DNA of 64,000 nucleotides from Longimicrobiales bacterium (GTDB lineage: Bacteria; Gemmatimonadota; Gemmatimonadetes; Longimicrobiales; Gaopeijiaceae). Below, in pieces: positions 11,717 through 20,763 of the stretch. The stretch spans positions 1,312,001-1,376,000 of the forward strand of contig CBDFMQ010000002.1 in NCBI GenBank assembly GCA_965249725.1. Reading direction: 5' to 3'. The position numbers and the translations under genes are program-made. Numbering within the stretch: position 1 is the stretch's first letter; every line of letters starts with the position of its first letter. The notes beneath the pieces were generated by a model. It did not search any database. It was not told the DNA's origin and saw only the letters and a program-made list of their open reading frames with translations.

Positions 11717-12307
11717 TCAGGAGAGTAGAGGAACCCCCCCTTTCGGGTCAACGTTCCAGGCGGAAGGCTCGGGGAAGTCGAGACCGGCGCCCGGTCGGCG
11801 ACCCGCAGGTGGACCCATACCGCGGCCCCCACCACCCCGAATGCTCTGAATTCTCTGATTCAGCTGCTCACGCATGACGACGAACCGTAGGAGCTGCCGG
11901 GGGGTGAGGACTCCGACGAGCGCCTCCTGTTCCTCTCTGAAGAGGCGCACCTCGTCTTCGCGCAGTTCGAGCATATCCTGCAAGGCCTCACTGGCTTGCT
12001 CATCGGTGATCTCACCCTCGGCGCCCAGGGTCATCAACTGGCGCCTGGTGGACTGCTCAAGCTGCATGAAATCCCGTCGCTGAGCGCGGTAGCCGTCCAA
12101 GACGTCTTGAAGCCTCTGGCTCTCCTCGTCACCGAGTCCGAGCTGTTGCCTCACCATAGCGTCGAAACGGCCGCGAATCATCTGCTCCATCCGGGCCCGC
12201 CGGCCTTCGCCGGGCGGCTGTCCGTCCCGTGGGCGCTGTTGTGCTTCCAGACCTTGCGAGCCAAACGTGACGAGAACTGCCACCAGAACACCGATCGGTC
12301 TCTTCAT
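11717..12307 (-). CDS. Exported Spy/CpxP-like helical protein
   Basis: Signal peptide MKRPIGVLVAVLV...; helical hairpin with VLTPRQ (LTxxQ) motif; ATGA-coupled to the anti-sigma gene. Confidence 0.7.
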   Translation of the reverse strand: MKRPIGVLVAVLVTFGSQGLEAQQRPRDGQPPGEGRRARMEQMIRGRFDAMVRQQLGLGDEESQRLQDVLDGYRAQRRDFMQLEQSTRRQLMTLGAEGEITDEQASEALQDMLELREDEVRLFREEQEALVGVLTPRQLLRFVVMREQLNQRIQSIRGGGGRGMGPPAGRRPGAGLDFPEPSAWNVDPKGGVPLLS

Positions 12308-12756
12308 CCTCCGAGCTCCTCCAGCAGGGCCGCCAACTCGTCTTCGGTCAGGTCTTCGAGCATGGGAGCGTCCGCGACAAGGGCATCGTCGTCCGCCCAC
12401 ACCATGACAAAGGCCTCTTGGGCGAACTGGCTGGATTCGGGTAGGGTCTCCGCCCGCTGCCAAATGAGGGCGGTTCCCAATGCCAGGACGATCGCAGCAG
12501 CAGCCGGGAGCCGCCATCCGACCGAACGCCGGGAGTGCGCCCGGTCACGTGCCACCGCTTCCTTGATTTCGGCGGCCAGGCCTACCGGCGGCACGGGTGT
12601 CGTCGCGCTCAGCACGCGAAGGAGGGCGACTTCCTCACCGCAACTCCCACACTCCGAGACGTGCGCCTCTATTCGGACACACAACTCGGAGGAGAGGTCT
12701 CCCCGCACGAAGTCCGGTAGCAGGTCCTTTACATTTGCGCACGTCTGGTCCGTCAT
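12304..12756 (-). CDS. Zinc-finger (zf-HC2) anti-sigma factor
   Basis: HVSECGSC (HxxxCxxC) followed by one TM segment; coupled to the ECF sigma gene. Confidence 0.85.
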   Translation of the reverse strand: MTDQTCANVKDLLPDFVRGDLSSELCVRIEAHVSECGSCGEEVALLRVLSATTPVPPVGLAAEIKEAVARDRAHSRRSVGWRLPAAAAIVLALGTALIWQRAETLPESSQFAQEAFVMVWADDDALVADAPMLEDLTEDELAALLEELGG

Positions 12757-13313
12757 GGCTCCAATAACTCCCTCAGGCGGCGGATGCCGTGATGGTAGTT
12801 CACTCGAGCGGAACCTTCAGAGGATCCGATGATCTCACCGATCTCCCGAAAGCTCAAGTCGTCGTCGATTCTAAGTGTCACTGACAGCCTCTGCTTATCC
12901 GGGAGCCGGTGCACGGCCTCCCTGATACGGGCCGCCTCGGACCGGAGGGTGACCTCTCGAGATGGATCGTCTCCCGGTGCCGCAATGGCTGATACGTCCT
13001 CGAGCGGGCGCTCCTTGCGCCGACCGGCCTTGCGTAGATACCCGCGGGCCTCGTTGCCCGCGATGGCCAACAGCCAGGTCCGGAAAGCGGCGTCCCCACG
13101 AAACCTGCCGATGGCCTTGAACGCCTTGATGAAGCAGTCCTGGCTGGCATCCGCTGCAAGATCCTCTTCTCCCAGGATGGCCACGCAGGTCCGAAAGACC
13201 GCGCCGTGATGCCGGTCTACGAGCAAGTCCATCGCGCGGCTGTCTCCAGCCTTTGCACGCTGAACCAACTCCTCGTCGGATGGTGGCTCGGTGCGTAAGT
13301 CCTCGGCCATCAT
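12753..13313 (-). CDS. ECF sigma-70 family RNA polymerase sigma factor
   Basis: DASQDCFIKAF..FRTWLLAIAGN (region 2) and LSFREIGEIIGSSEGSARV (region 4). Confidence 0.92.
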   Translation of the reverse strand: MMAEDLRTEPPSDEELVQRAKAGDSRAMDLLVDRHHGAVFRTCVAILGEEDLAADASQDCFIKAFKAIGRFRGDAAFRTWLLAIAGNEARGYLRKAGRRKERPLEDVSAIAAPGDDPSREVTLRSEAARIREAVHRLPDKQRLSVTLRIDDDLSFREIGEIIGSSEGSARVNYHHGIRRLRELLEP

Positions 13314-13418
13314 GAACTCAGATGCTCGTCGTCCCCGAAGCGTTAAGTCCGTCGAGCGACAAAGCGGAGGGGGTTCGGACAACGCTGGCGTCGAAAGTCG
13401 TGACGCACCATGCACCCT

Positions 13419-13721
13419 CTATTCTACGGGCTGTCCGTCGAGCTGGCTCACACGCGTCCGAAGGTGCTTGGAAGGCTTGAACACAGGAACGCTCCGGGAA
13501 GGGACTTCCACACCCTCGCCTGTCCTGGGGTTGCGAGCCATGCGACTCTTCCGCTTGCGAACCTTGAAGGTTCCGAACCCACGGATCTCGATGTTCTCCC
13601 CGTTGGCGAGCGCCCTCTTCACGGCGTTGAGAAACCCATCGACGACCAAGGCACAGTCCTTCTTGGTGATCCCGGGACCGATGGCTTCCGCCACCTGTTC
13701 GACGAGGTCCGCCTTGGTCAT
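13419..13721 (-). CDS. HU/IHF family DNA-binding protein
   Basis: MTKADLV...IEIRGFGTF...ARNPRTGE. Confidence 0.95.
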   Translation of the reverse strand: MTKADLVEQVAEAIGPGITKKDCALVVDGFLNAVKRALANGENIEIRGFGTFKVRKRKSRMARNPRTGEGVEVPSRSVPVFKPSKHLRTRVSQLDGQPVE

Positions 13722-13812
13722 TCATTCCTCCGCGATACGATATGTGTCCGAGCTATGAGCAGGGGAGCCACGGTAACGATCTCGAACCTGGAACGTCAAG
13801 TGCCCCTTGGAC

Positions 13813-14937
13813 CTACGGCCGCCGTGACTCCATCAGCGCGATGAACTGATCGAAGAGGTACCGGCTGTCGTGGGGCCCCGGCGCCGCCTCTGGATGGTAC
13901 TGGACGGCGAAGACCGGCCGCTCCCGATGGGCCACGCCCTCTACGGTGCCGTCGTAAAGATTGACGTGTGTGAGTCGCAGATCCGGCGCCCCGGGAATCT
14001 CGTCGCCGTCGCCGAGGGCCACGGCAAATCCATGGTTCTGAGAGGTGATCTCCACGGTATCGGTGTCGAGATTGCGTACCGGGTGGTTCCCCCCGTGATG
14101 TCCGAAGGGGAGCTTGTAGGTCTTGGCACCGAACGCCTGAGAGATGAGCTGGTGGCCGAGGCAGATCCCGAACACGGGGACATCGTTCCCGGACAGCTCG
14201 AGGATCGCGGCCTCTGCCCGCTCGACGGCAGCGGGGTCACCGGGTCCGTTGGATACGAACATCCCGTCGGGACGTTCGGCCAGAATGTCCTCCAACGAGG
14301 TCTCGGCGGGAATCACCGTGACGCGGCAACCTCCCTCAGACAGAATCTTCGGCGAGTTTGCCTTGACGCCGAAGTCGTAGGCCAACACATGGAAGCGTTC
14401 CTCCCCGACCGCCTCCACCACATAGGGCTCGTCCGTGGAGACACCACAGGCGAGGTCGAGACCCTCCATACGGGGGTGCGCGAGCACGCTTTCGAGCAGC
14501 GTCGCCTCGTCCGTCTCGGCGGGCGCGATGGCTCCTCGCATGGCTCCCTCCGACCGGATGTGTCGGGTGAGCGCACGGGTGTCTATCTCCGCGATCCCCA
14601 CCACGTCGTTGGCCGTGAGGTAGTCCTCCAGCGCCCCCGTCGCCCGCCAGGACGAGTGTTGCGGTGGCAACTCACGCACCACGAAGCCGGTGACCTTCGG
14701 ACCTTCTGACTCCCGGTCCTCGTCGTTCACCCCGTAGTTGCCGATCAACGGATACGTCATGACGACGTGCTGACCGGAATAAGACGGATCCGTGAGGATC
14801 TCCTGATATCCGGTCATCGAGGTGTTGAAGACCACCTCCCCCAGAGAGGGTCCTGAAGCGCCGAAGCCGAGGCCGTCGAAACGCCGTCCATCTTCGAGTA
14901 GAAGGTACGCGGGTTCGCGTGGACCGGTGCTCGCCAC
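13813..14937 (-). CDS. carA: Carbamoyl-phosphate synthase small subunit
   Basis: GEVVFNTSMTGYQE, SNGPGDP, GICLGHQ and QYHPEA motifs. Confidence 0.97.
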   Translation of the reverse strand: MASTGPREPAYLLLEDGRRFDGLGFGASGPSLGEVVFNTSMTGYQEILTDPSYSGQHVVMTYPLIGNYGVNDEDRESEGPKVTGFVVRELPPQHSSWRATGALEDYLTANDVVGIAEIDTRALTRHIRSEGAMRGAIAPAETDEATLLESVLAHPRMEGLDLACGVSTDEPYVVEAVGEERFHVLAYDFGVKANSPKILSEGGCRVTVIPAETSLEDILAERPDGMFVSNGPGDPAAVERAEAAILELSGNDVPVFGICLGHQLISQAFGAKTYKLPFGHHGGNHPVRNLDTDTVEITSQNHGFAVALGDGDEIPGAPDLRLTHVNLYDGTVEGVAHRERPVFAVQYHPEAAPGPHDSRYLFDQFIALMESRRP

Positions 14938-14991
14938 CAGGCAGATTCCTAGTCTTGGGTGGTGCCGCCAGAAGCCTCCGACGGCCGGCGG

Positions 14992-15019
14992 AATCTAGAG
15001 CGGGACGGAGGCGAGTCAA
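14992..15019 (-). promoter_or_regulatory. Putative sigma70 promoter of carA
   Basis: Minus strand TTGACT-N16-TAGATT, 55 bp upstream of carA. Confidence 0.5.
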
Positions 15020-15125
15020 GCACTGGTGTCACCCGTTCCGCCCCTCCTCTCCTCACCCTACCTTTCTCCCGACCCGCCGGGGTTCCCGTAAGCGAAGTTC
15101 CTACAAGAGAAGAAGACGAGTTGAA

Positions 15126-15695
15126 ATGACCGACGCGCCCGAGATCTCCATTTACGCCGACGAGTCGTGCCTCGGCAACCAGTTCCAGCACCGTGCCAAT
15201 CCGGGAGGTGCCGGGGGGCTGGTAGAGTACTGGTCGGGAGGCGAGTGGGTGCGTCGCGACTACTGGGTCTCCGAAGCGGACACGACGAACAACCGCATGG
15301 CCCTCAGGAGCGCCATCGAGGCCCTGACCTTGATGCGAAAGCGCCCGTGCAACGTCCGTTTCATATCCGACAGCCAGTATCTGGTCAAAGGAATGACGGA
15401 GTGGCTCAGGGGGTGGAAGGCCCGGGGTTGGAAGCGAAAGGGGGGCGAGATCGGCAACTTGGAACTCTGGCAGGAGCTCGATCGCATCGCCTCGAAGCAC
15501 GACGTGACCTGGAGTTGGGTCCGCGGACACGACGGTCATGTCCAGAACGAATACGCCAACCACCTCGCCACCCGAGCGGCCGCGGAGCGGACGGCCTCCG
15601 GAGGATTGGTGGAGAGCGAGTACCAGGTCTGGCTGGAGGGGCAGCGCGACAAGGGCCGCTATCTCGACTACTTCGAGCACGCCCCGCCCGACTGA
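15126..15695 (+). CDS. rnhA: Ribonuclease HI
   Basis: IYADESCLGN, TTNNRMAL, ISDSQY and WVRGHDGHVQNE motifs; start at ATG 15126. Confidence 0.9.
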   Translation: MTDAPEISIYADESCLGNQFQHRANPGGAGGLVEYWSGGEWVRRDYWVSEADTTNNRMALRSAIEALTLMRKRPCNVRFISDSQYLVKGMTEWLRGWKARGWKRKGGEIGNLELWQELDRIASKHDVTWSWVRGHDGHVQNEYANHLATRAAAERTASGGLVESEYQVWLEGQRDKGRYLDYFEHAPPD

Positions 15696-15726
15696 TCGCT
15701 CCCACGCTCAGACAAACATCTGGGGC

Positions 15727-15770
15727 AAAAAAAAGAAGCCCTCGGTGCGGCAAGCCGCCCCGAGGGCCTC
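15727..15770 (-). terminator. Intrinsic terminator closing the candidate ncRNA
   Basis: Minus strand GAGGCCCTCGG-GGCGGCTTGCCGCA-CCGAGGGCTTC followed by T8. Confidence 0.88.
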
Positions 15771-16073
15771 TAATTCGTTGGTAGAAGCTTCGTCTCGTTT
15801 GGAGACCCGCCCATCTTCCAGATCGCCTTGCGGCTCACTTTCAGTCGGGCAGCTAACTCAGCTTCCCTTCTCCCGTCGTCGCGCGGTCAGCAACTTCGGG
15901 TCCTCCGAGCTCCGGAGGGTTCAGCAGAGACCAACGACTCCTCTGCCGGCTCACCGAGGTCCAACCCCCAGTTCGCTTCCACCGCTACGGCGTCCCGTCC
16001 GATGAAACACGTTTCTCGATCCGCATGAAGGGATGACCAACGCCATCGATTCAGCGTACCACATCGGAAACGC
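15727..16073 (-). ncRNA. Candidate large structured non-coding RNA (~345 nt), family not recognised
   Basis: Lies between the convergent genes rnhA and lipB. Bounded by a promoter and a terminator, densely base-paired, and has no credible ORF. Confidence 0.65.
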
Positions 16074-16079
16074 ACGACC

Positions 16080-16108
16080 AGTATGGGCGGGCCGAGCCCA
16101 CGCGTCAA
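16080..16108 (-). promoter_or_regulatory. Sigma70-type promoter of the candidate ncRNA
   Basis: Minus strand TTGACG-N17-CATACT; predicted +1 near G16073. Confidence 0.7.
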
Positions 16109-16316
16109 GCTTCTCGGCCCATCTCATTCCAGAAACTTGCATTATCCCCTAACTCATTGTCATATCAAGGTTTAAGGAACGTCTAGAGACGTCGGTATTC
16201 TCTCCCGAATCGAACGTAAACAGATTGATCTTCTCGGCATGTGTGAGGAACCACGGGCCAGATCGGTTGGCTGAATTCGAAAAAATGGCGGAGCCTGCCT
16301 AGGACTTCCAAGACCT

Positions 16317-17036
16317 TCAAAGAGCCTCGATGGAGGGCTCATTTGTTGGCCCGCCAACACGAATTCGCCGCCCAAAGGCGCTTGCGAAGACATCGCGAAC
16401 GACAGCGGCGACTTCGCCAACCCGAATCGGACGGCCGGCCTCTTGCGAAAGCGAGGTGACCGAACGGTCGGCGATGCCGCACGGCACGATGGTCTCGTAG
16501 TAGGAGAGGTCGCTGTCGACGTTGAGTGCGAAGCCGTGAGAGGTGATCCACCCGGAGGACACGCGGACGCCGATGGCGGCAACCTTGCGGTCCTCGACCC
16601 AAACGCCCGTCAGCCCGGGCACGGTCTCTCCCTGAACTCCGAAGCGAGCCATGGCGGTGATGAGCATGGTCTCCAGATCTCGCAGGTAGCGGAGCAGGTC
16701 TCGGCGGTCGGGCTTGAGATCGAGGATCGGGTAGCCCACGAGCTGGCCCGGCCCATGGTACGTGACGTCCCCTCCCCTTCCCGCCTCGTAGAGCTCGAGG
16801 TCGAGCTCCTCCCTACGAGTGGCGTCGGCCAAAACGTGTTCGGGATGGGATCCTGTTCCCAGGGTGATCACGTGGGGGTGCTCCAGAAGGAGCAGTTGGT
16901 CGGGCACCTCGCCGGCGCGGCGGCGGGCCACCAAATCGGTTTGGAGTGCCAGGGCCTCTCCGTACGGGACGAGCCCGAGATCCCGTACCTCGAGTACCTC
17001 AAGTTCCTTGAGCTCTGGCGCGTCACCCGGGGACAC
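16317..17036 (-). CDS. lipB: Lipoyl(octanoyl) transferase
   Basis: LLLEHPHV, RGGDVTYHGPGQLVGYP, SHGFALNV and IVPCG motifs. Confidence 0.96.
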   Translation of the reverse strand: MSPGDAPELKELEVLEVRDLGLVPYGEALALQTDLVARRRAGEVPDQLLLLEHPHVITLGTGSHPEHVLADATRREELDLELYEAGRGGDVTYHGPGQLVGYPILDLKPDRRDLLRYLRDLETMLITAMARFGVQGETVPGLTGVWVEDRKVAAIGVRVSSGWITSHGFALNVDSDLSYYETIVPCGIADRSVTSLSQEAGRPIRVGEVAAVVRDVFASAFGRRIRVGGPTNEPSIEAL

Positions 17037-18472
17037 TAGGCGTCCTCTGGGAAGTCCTCCAGCAGGGCCTTCAGTTCAGAGAGGAACCTCGCTGCGTCTG
17101 CGCCATCCACAATTCGGTGATCGTACCCCAGAGAGAAGAGCGATCGCTTCCGGATGGCGATGACGTCCGTGCCGGTGACCGGATCCTCCACCACCACGGT
17201 TCGCTTCTCGATCGCACCGGTGCCGAGGATCGCTGCGGTCCCCTTGGGAATAACGGGCATCCCCACCAGCGTACCGAGTACCCCGGGGTTCGTGATGGAG
17301 AATGTGGCTCCCTGAATCTCGGACGGGTTGAGCTGCCGACCCCGAGCCCGCTCTGCCAGGTCGATGATCTTCTTGCCGATTCCGACCAGGCTCAGATCAT
17401 CCGTGTCGTGGATGACCGGAACGATGAGGCCGGGATCGAGATCCACGGCCATCCCGATGTTCACGCTTCCACGTTGGATGATGTTGTTCCCGGACACGGT
17501 GCCGTTCACATAAGGGAAGCTCCGCAACAGACGCGAGCACGCCCAGGCCACGAAGGCCGTGTAGCTGACCCGAGCGCCCTGCTCCGCCCACTTCGCCTTG
17601 TTCGCGGCACGAATGCGGTCCACTCGTGAAAAGTCGATCTCGATGAACGAGTGCACGTGCGGAGCCACCCGCTTGGCCATGACCATGTGCTCCGCCGTGA
17701 GCCGACGGATCTTGTCCATGGGCTCGACCTGGTCGCCTTCGCGGACCGGGAACTCGGGGTGCTGTACCTCGCCGTAGAAGGCGGTCCAAAGATCGGACGG
17801 GGCCACCGAGGCGGCCGGATGCACGGGGGCAGCCGGCTTTGCCGGAGCGGCTGCCGGCGCCGCCACCGGGGCGGGAGCCGCAGGCTGTGCCGGCGATCCC
17901 CCACCTTCGATGTAGTCGAGGATGTCCTGCTTCGTGACCCTACCGGCGTGGCCGGTGCCCGCCACGTCGCCGATGGCGATTCCGTGCTCCTCGGCGATTC
18001 GCCGAACCACCGGAGTGGACTTCGTCCGCAGGCGCTCCTCGGCCGACTGCTCGCCCGCATCCTCGGCCCCACCGTGGGCCGGTGTGGTCGCGGCGGGCGC
18101 AGCAGCGGGTGCGCCGGTCGGAGCGGCCGGCTCTGCCGGGGTCTCGACGACTGGGGGCGCCTCCGGACCCGAATCGGCGACCTCGACCGGTGTGGACGCG
18201 GCGGACACGGTGGGCACGGTGGGTGCACCGCCCTCGGTGTCGATGAACGCCACGACCGTGCCCACCTCAACGGTCTCGCCCTCCTGGACCTTGACCTCCA
18301 CGAGGGTTCCCGACTGGGGTGAGGGAATCTCGGCGTCCACCTTGTCGGTCGAAATCTCCAGGATCGGCTCGTCTCGCTCGACCGTGTCGCCGACACTCTT
18401 CAGCCACTTCGATACCGTGCCTTCGGCGATGGACTCGCCCATCTGCGGCATGGGAACCTCGATGCGGGCCAC
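17036..18472 (-). CDS. 2-oxoacid dehydrogenase E2 (dihydrolipoamide acyltransferase)
   Basis: Lipoyl domain ISTDKVDAE, E3-binding GTGHAGRVTKQD and catalytic DHRIVDG. Confidence 0.95.
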   Translation of the reverse strand: MARIEVPMPQMGESIAEGTVSKWLKSVGDTVERDEPILEISTDKVDAEIPSPQSGTLVEVKVQEGETVEVGTVVAFIDTEGGAPTVPTVSAASTPVEVADSGPEAPPVVETPAEPAAPTGAPAAAPAATTPAHGGAEDAGEQSAEERLRTKSTPVVRRIAEEHGIAIGDVAGTGHAGRVTKQDILDYIEGGGSPAQPAAPAPVAAPAAAPAKPAAPVHPAASVAPSDLWTAFYGEVQHPEFPVREGDQVEPMDKIRRLTAEHMVMAKRVAPHVHSFIEIDFSRVDRIRAANKAKWAEQGARVSYTAFVAWACSRLLRSFPYVNGTVSGNNIIQRGSVNIGMAVDLDPGLIVPVIHDTDDLSLVGIGKKIIDLAERARGRQLNPSEIQGATFSITNPGVLGTLVGMPVIPKGTAAILGTGAIEKRTVVVEDPVTGTDVIAIRKRSLFSLGYDHRIVDGADAARFLSELKALLEDFPEDA

Positions 18473-18565
18473 TCTATCTCTCCAGATCTATTGTTGCTGA
18501 AATCAGAATCGGCGACCCCAAAGTACCCGGGGGATCGATGGGCGGTCCCACCGCCACCGAAAGAA

Positions 18566-19621
18566 CTAGTAGTTCACCAGATATCGTGCTGCCGTCACGA
18601 TGTCTTCGACCTGCGGCAGGAAGTAATCCTCCAATACGCCGGAGTACGGCACGGGTGAATCGATGGAAGTCACCCGGAGCATCGGCGCGTCCAACCACTC
18701 GAAAGCACTCTCGCTCACACGCATGGCGATCTCACCGGCAATGCCCCCGGTCCGGGTGTCTTCGTGCACCACCAGCAGCCGTCCGGTCTTCTTCACGCTC
18801 TCGATGATGGCCTCGTCATCCAACGGGAGGAGCGTACGAAGGTCCAAGATCTCGACTCCCATTCCGCTCTCACGTTGGAGTTCCTCTGCCGCCTCCGTAC
18901 TCCGGTGCACCATCATCCCATAGGTGACGATGGTGAGATCCGCCCCTTCGCGCACACAACGCGCTTTCCCGAGAGGTACGATGTAGTCCTCCTTGGGCAG
19001 TACGTCGCGCAGAGTCGGCGCTCGGTAGAGACCCTTGTGCTCCTCGAAGATGACCGGATTGCCGTCACGGATCGCTGCCTTGATCAGCCCCTTCGCGTCG
19101 TAGGCCGTGCTCGGATAGACGATCTTCAAGCCGGGGGTATGGAAGAACGCCATCTCGACGTTCTGCGAGTGGAACGGTCCGCCACGATTGCCCCCTCCTA
19201 CGGGGCCTCGAATGACCAGCGGCAGAGGTCCGCTCCCCCGATAGAGTGAGGTGGCGATGTAGTTCGTAATCACGTCGTAGGCCGGCGAGATGAAGTCCAT
19301 GAACTGCATCTCGACCACCGGCCGAAGTCCCATATGGGCCGCCCCGGCCGCCGCCCCGGTGAAACCGCCCTCCGCGATCGGGGCGTCGATGACGCGCTTG
19401 CCCCCGAAGTACTCTAGGAAGCCGCGCGTGACCTTGAAAGCTCCGCCGTAGACTCCGATGTCCTCACCCATCAAAAACACCCGATCGTCGACGACCATCT
19501 CCTCGAAGAGACCCTCGCTGAGGGCCTCCAAAAAGGTCACGGCCTCGCCGCGCTCCGTCTTCGACAGGTGTTCGGGCTTCACCGTCGTCACGACAGTATC
19601 CGGTGATTCCTTCAGGGTCAT
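18566..19621 (-). CDS. 2-oxoacid dehydrogenase E1 beta subunit
   Basis: GEDIGVYGGAF, DAPIAE and GPFHSQ motifs. Confidence 0.94.
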   Translation of the reverse strand: MTLKESPDTVVTTVKPEHLSKTERGEAVTFLEALSEGLFEEMVVDDRVFLMGEDIGVYGGAFKVTRGFLEYFGGKRVIDAPIAEGGFTGAAAGAAHMGLRPVVEMQFMDFISPAYDVITNYIATSLYRGSGPLPLVIRGPVGGGNRGGPFHSQNVEMAFFHTPGLKIVYPSTAYDAKGLIKAAIRDGNPVIFEEHKGLYRAPTLRDVLPKEDYIVPLGKARCVREGADLTIVTYGMMVHRSTEAAEELQRESGMGVEILDLRTLLPLDDEAIIESVKKTGRLLVVHEDTRTGGIAGEIAMRVSESAFEWLDAPMLRVTSIDSPVPYSGVLEDYFLPQVEDIVTAARYLVNY

Positions 19622-20703
19622 GTCCTCACCCCGCTCCGTGCGGGTCGTGGCCGAGGCGAGGCCGAACGAGTCCAGGGGTGAGGCGTTTGCACATCGGAGT
19701 AGACTCCGTCCAAAGCCCGCGAACCATCCGGCAAGGGTTCGTGCACAGCCTGCTCCGCAGCGTCGTCGGCCGTCGCCCGCGCCTCTGCCTCCAGGCCCGC
19801 CAGTTCGTCCTCAGAGGCCCAGCCCTCATCGAGCAGCCGGCGGCGGTAGAGGGCGACCGGGTCCTTCTCTTCCCAGGCCCGAATCTCCTCCGGATCAACG
19901 TACGCCTGATCGTCATGCTGCGCGTGTCCTACGCGGCGATAGTACTGCAGCTCGACCATCCCCACGCCCTCGCCGGACCTGGCTCTGTGCACCGCGTCTC
20001 GGGTCGCCTCGATTACGGCGAGGACGTCCGTGGCGTCCGTGGATGTGGCGTGAAGTCCGTAGCCGGCAGCTTTCTCCGTGAAGGACTCGAGCCGCGTCGT
20101 CTTGCTCAACGGCGTCGAGAACGACCACTGGTTCACCTCGACCATGAGCACCATCGGACATCGCTGGGCGGCAGCGAATGCGAGCCCTTCGTGCCAGGCA
20201 CCCGTCGACGTGGCCCCGTCCCCGCAGAAGGCGAGCCCGACACGGTCCTGGCCCCGGACCGCGAATGACAGAGTGATTCCCGCCATGACCTGAACCATGA
20301 CTCCCAGGGGCGCGATCGGGCCGACGAATCCTAGGTCGAAATCCCCCCAGTGCAGGCTGCCGTCGTGTCCCGCGGTCGGGCTGGTGGCTCTCCCCAGATA
20401 CTGCCTGAACAGATCGACGGGTTGCCCGCCCATGGCGAACACGGCTCCCAGGCCACGGTGTGTGTGTGCCAAGAGGTCGCCCGTCCCGTCATCGTTGCGT
20501 CGAAGGGCATATGCGGCTCCCACGGCTCCGGCCTCTTGGCCCAGGGAACGGTAGATCCCACCCGCTACGTGCCCTTCCTTGGCGAGGATATCGAGACGCT
20601 CTTCGGCGCAACGGGTCAGTACGAGTGCCCGGAATACGTCGTGGAGCTCGGAACGGCCAAGGCCGGCCGCCAAGCCGTTGTCTGAGGGCTCAGATGAGGA
20701 CAT
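19618..20703 (-). CDS. 2-oxoacid dehydrogenase E1 alpha subunit (TPP-dependent)
   Basis: GDGATSTGAWHEG...NQW and YRRVGHAQHDD motifs; start placed at ATG 20703. Confidence 0.92.
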   Translation of the reverse strand: MSSSEPSDNGLAAGLGRSELHDVFRALVLTRCAEERLDILAKEGHVAGGIYRSLGQEAGAVGAAYALRRNDDGTGDLLAHTHRGLGAVFAMGGQPVDLFRQYLGRATSPTAGHDGSLHWGDFDLGFVGPIAPLGVMVQVMAGITLSFAVRGQDRVGLAFCGDGATSTGAWHEGLAFAAAQRCPMVLMVEVNQWSFSTPLSKTTRLESFTEKAAGYGLHATSTDATDVLAVIEATRDAVHRARSGEGVGMVELQYYRRVGHAQHDDQAYVDPEEIRAWEEKDPVALYRRRLLDEGWASEDELAGLEAEARATADDAAEQAVHEPLPDGSRALDGVYSDVQTPHPWTRSASPRPRPARSGVRT

Positions 20704-20763
20704 TCGATATGCGAGTCGTTGGACCCGCCGGCCTGCCTGAGTCGGTCGCAAGACCGGGCTGGG

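Noticed and set aside
16071..16075. GTGCG at the 5' end of the candidate RNA, suggesting a group II intron
   Set aside because: No domain V/VI consensus, no RT ORF and no interrupted host gene.
15828..16142. Short ORFs across the rnhA-lipB gap (15828-16028, 15887-16108, 15951-16142)
   Set aside because: They have TTG starts with no clear RBS and no motifs. The minus-strand ones begin at or upstream of the promoter. RNA structure explains the region better.
16317..20703. 2-oxoacid dehydrogenase cluster lacking E3
   Set aside because: A shared lpdA elsewhere in the genome is common. Substrate specificity cannot be called from the sequence, so no symbols were given.
20704..20763. Expected tRNA-Leu after secG
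   Set aside because: The gap is only 60 bp with no cloverleaf or T-loop motif.
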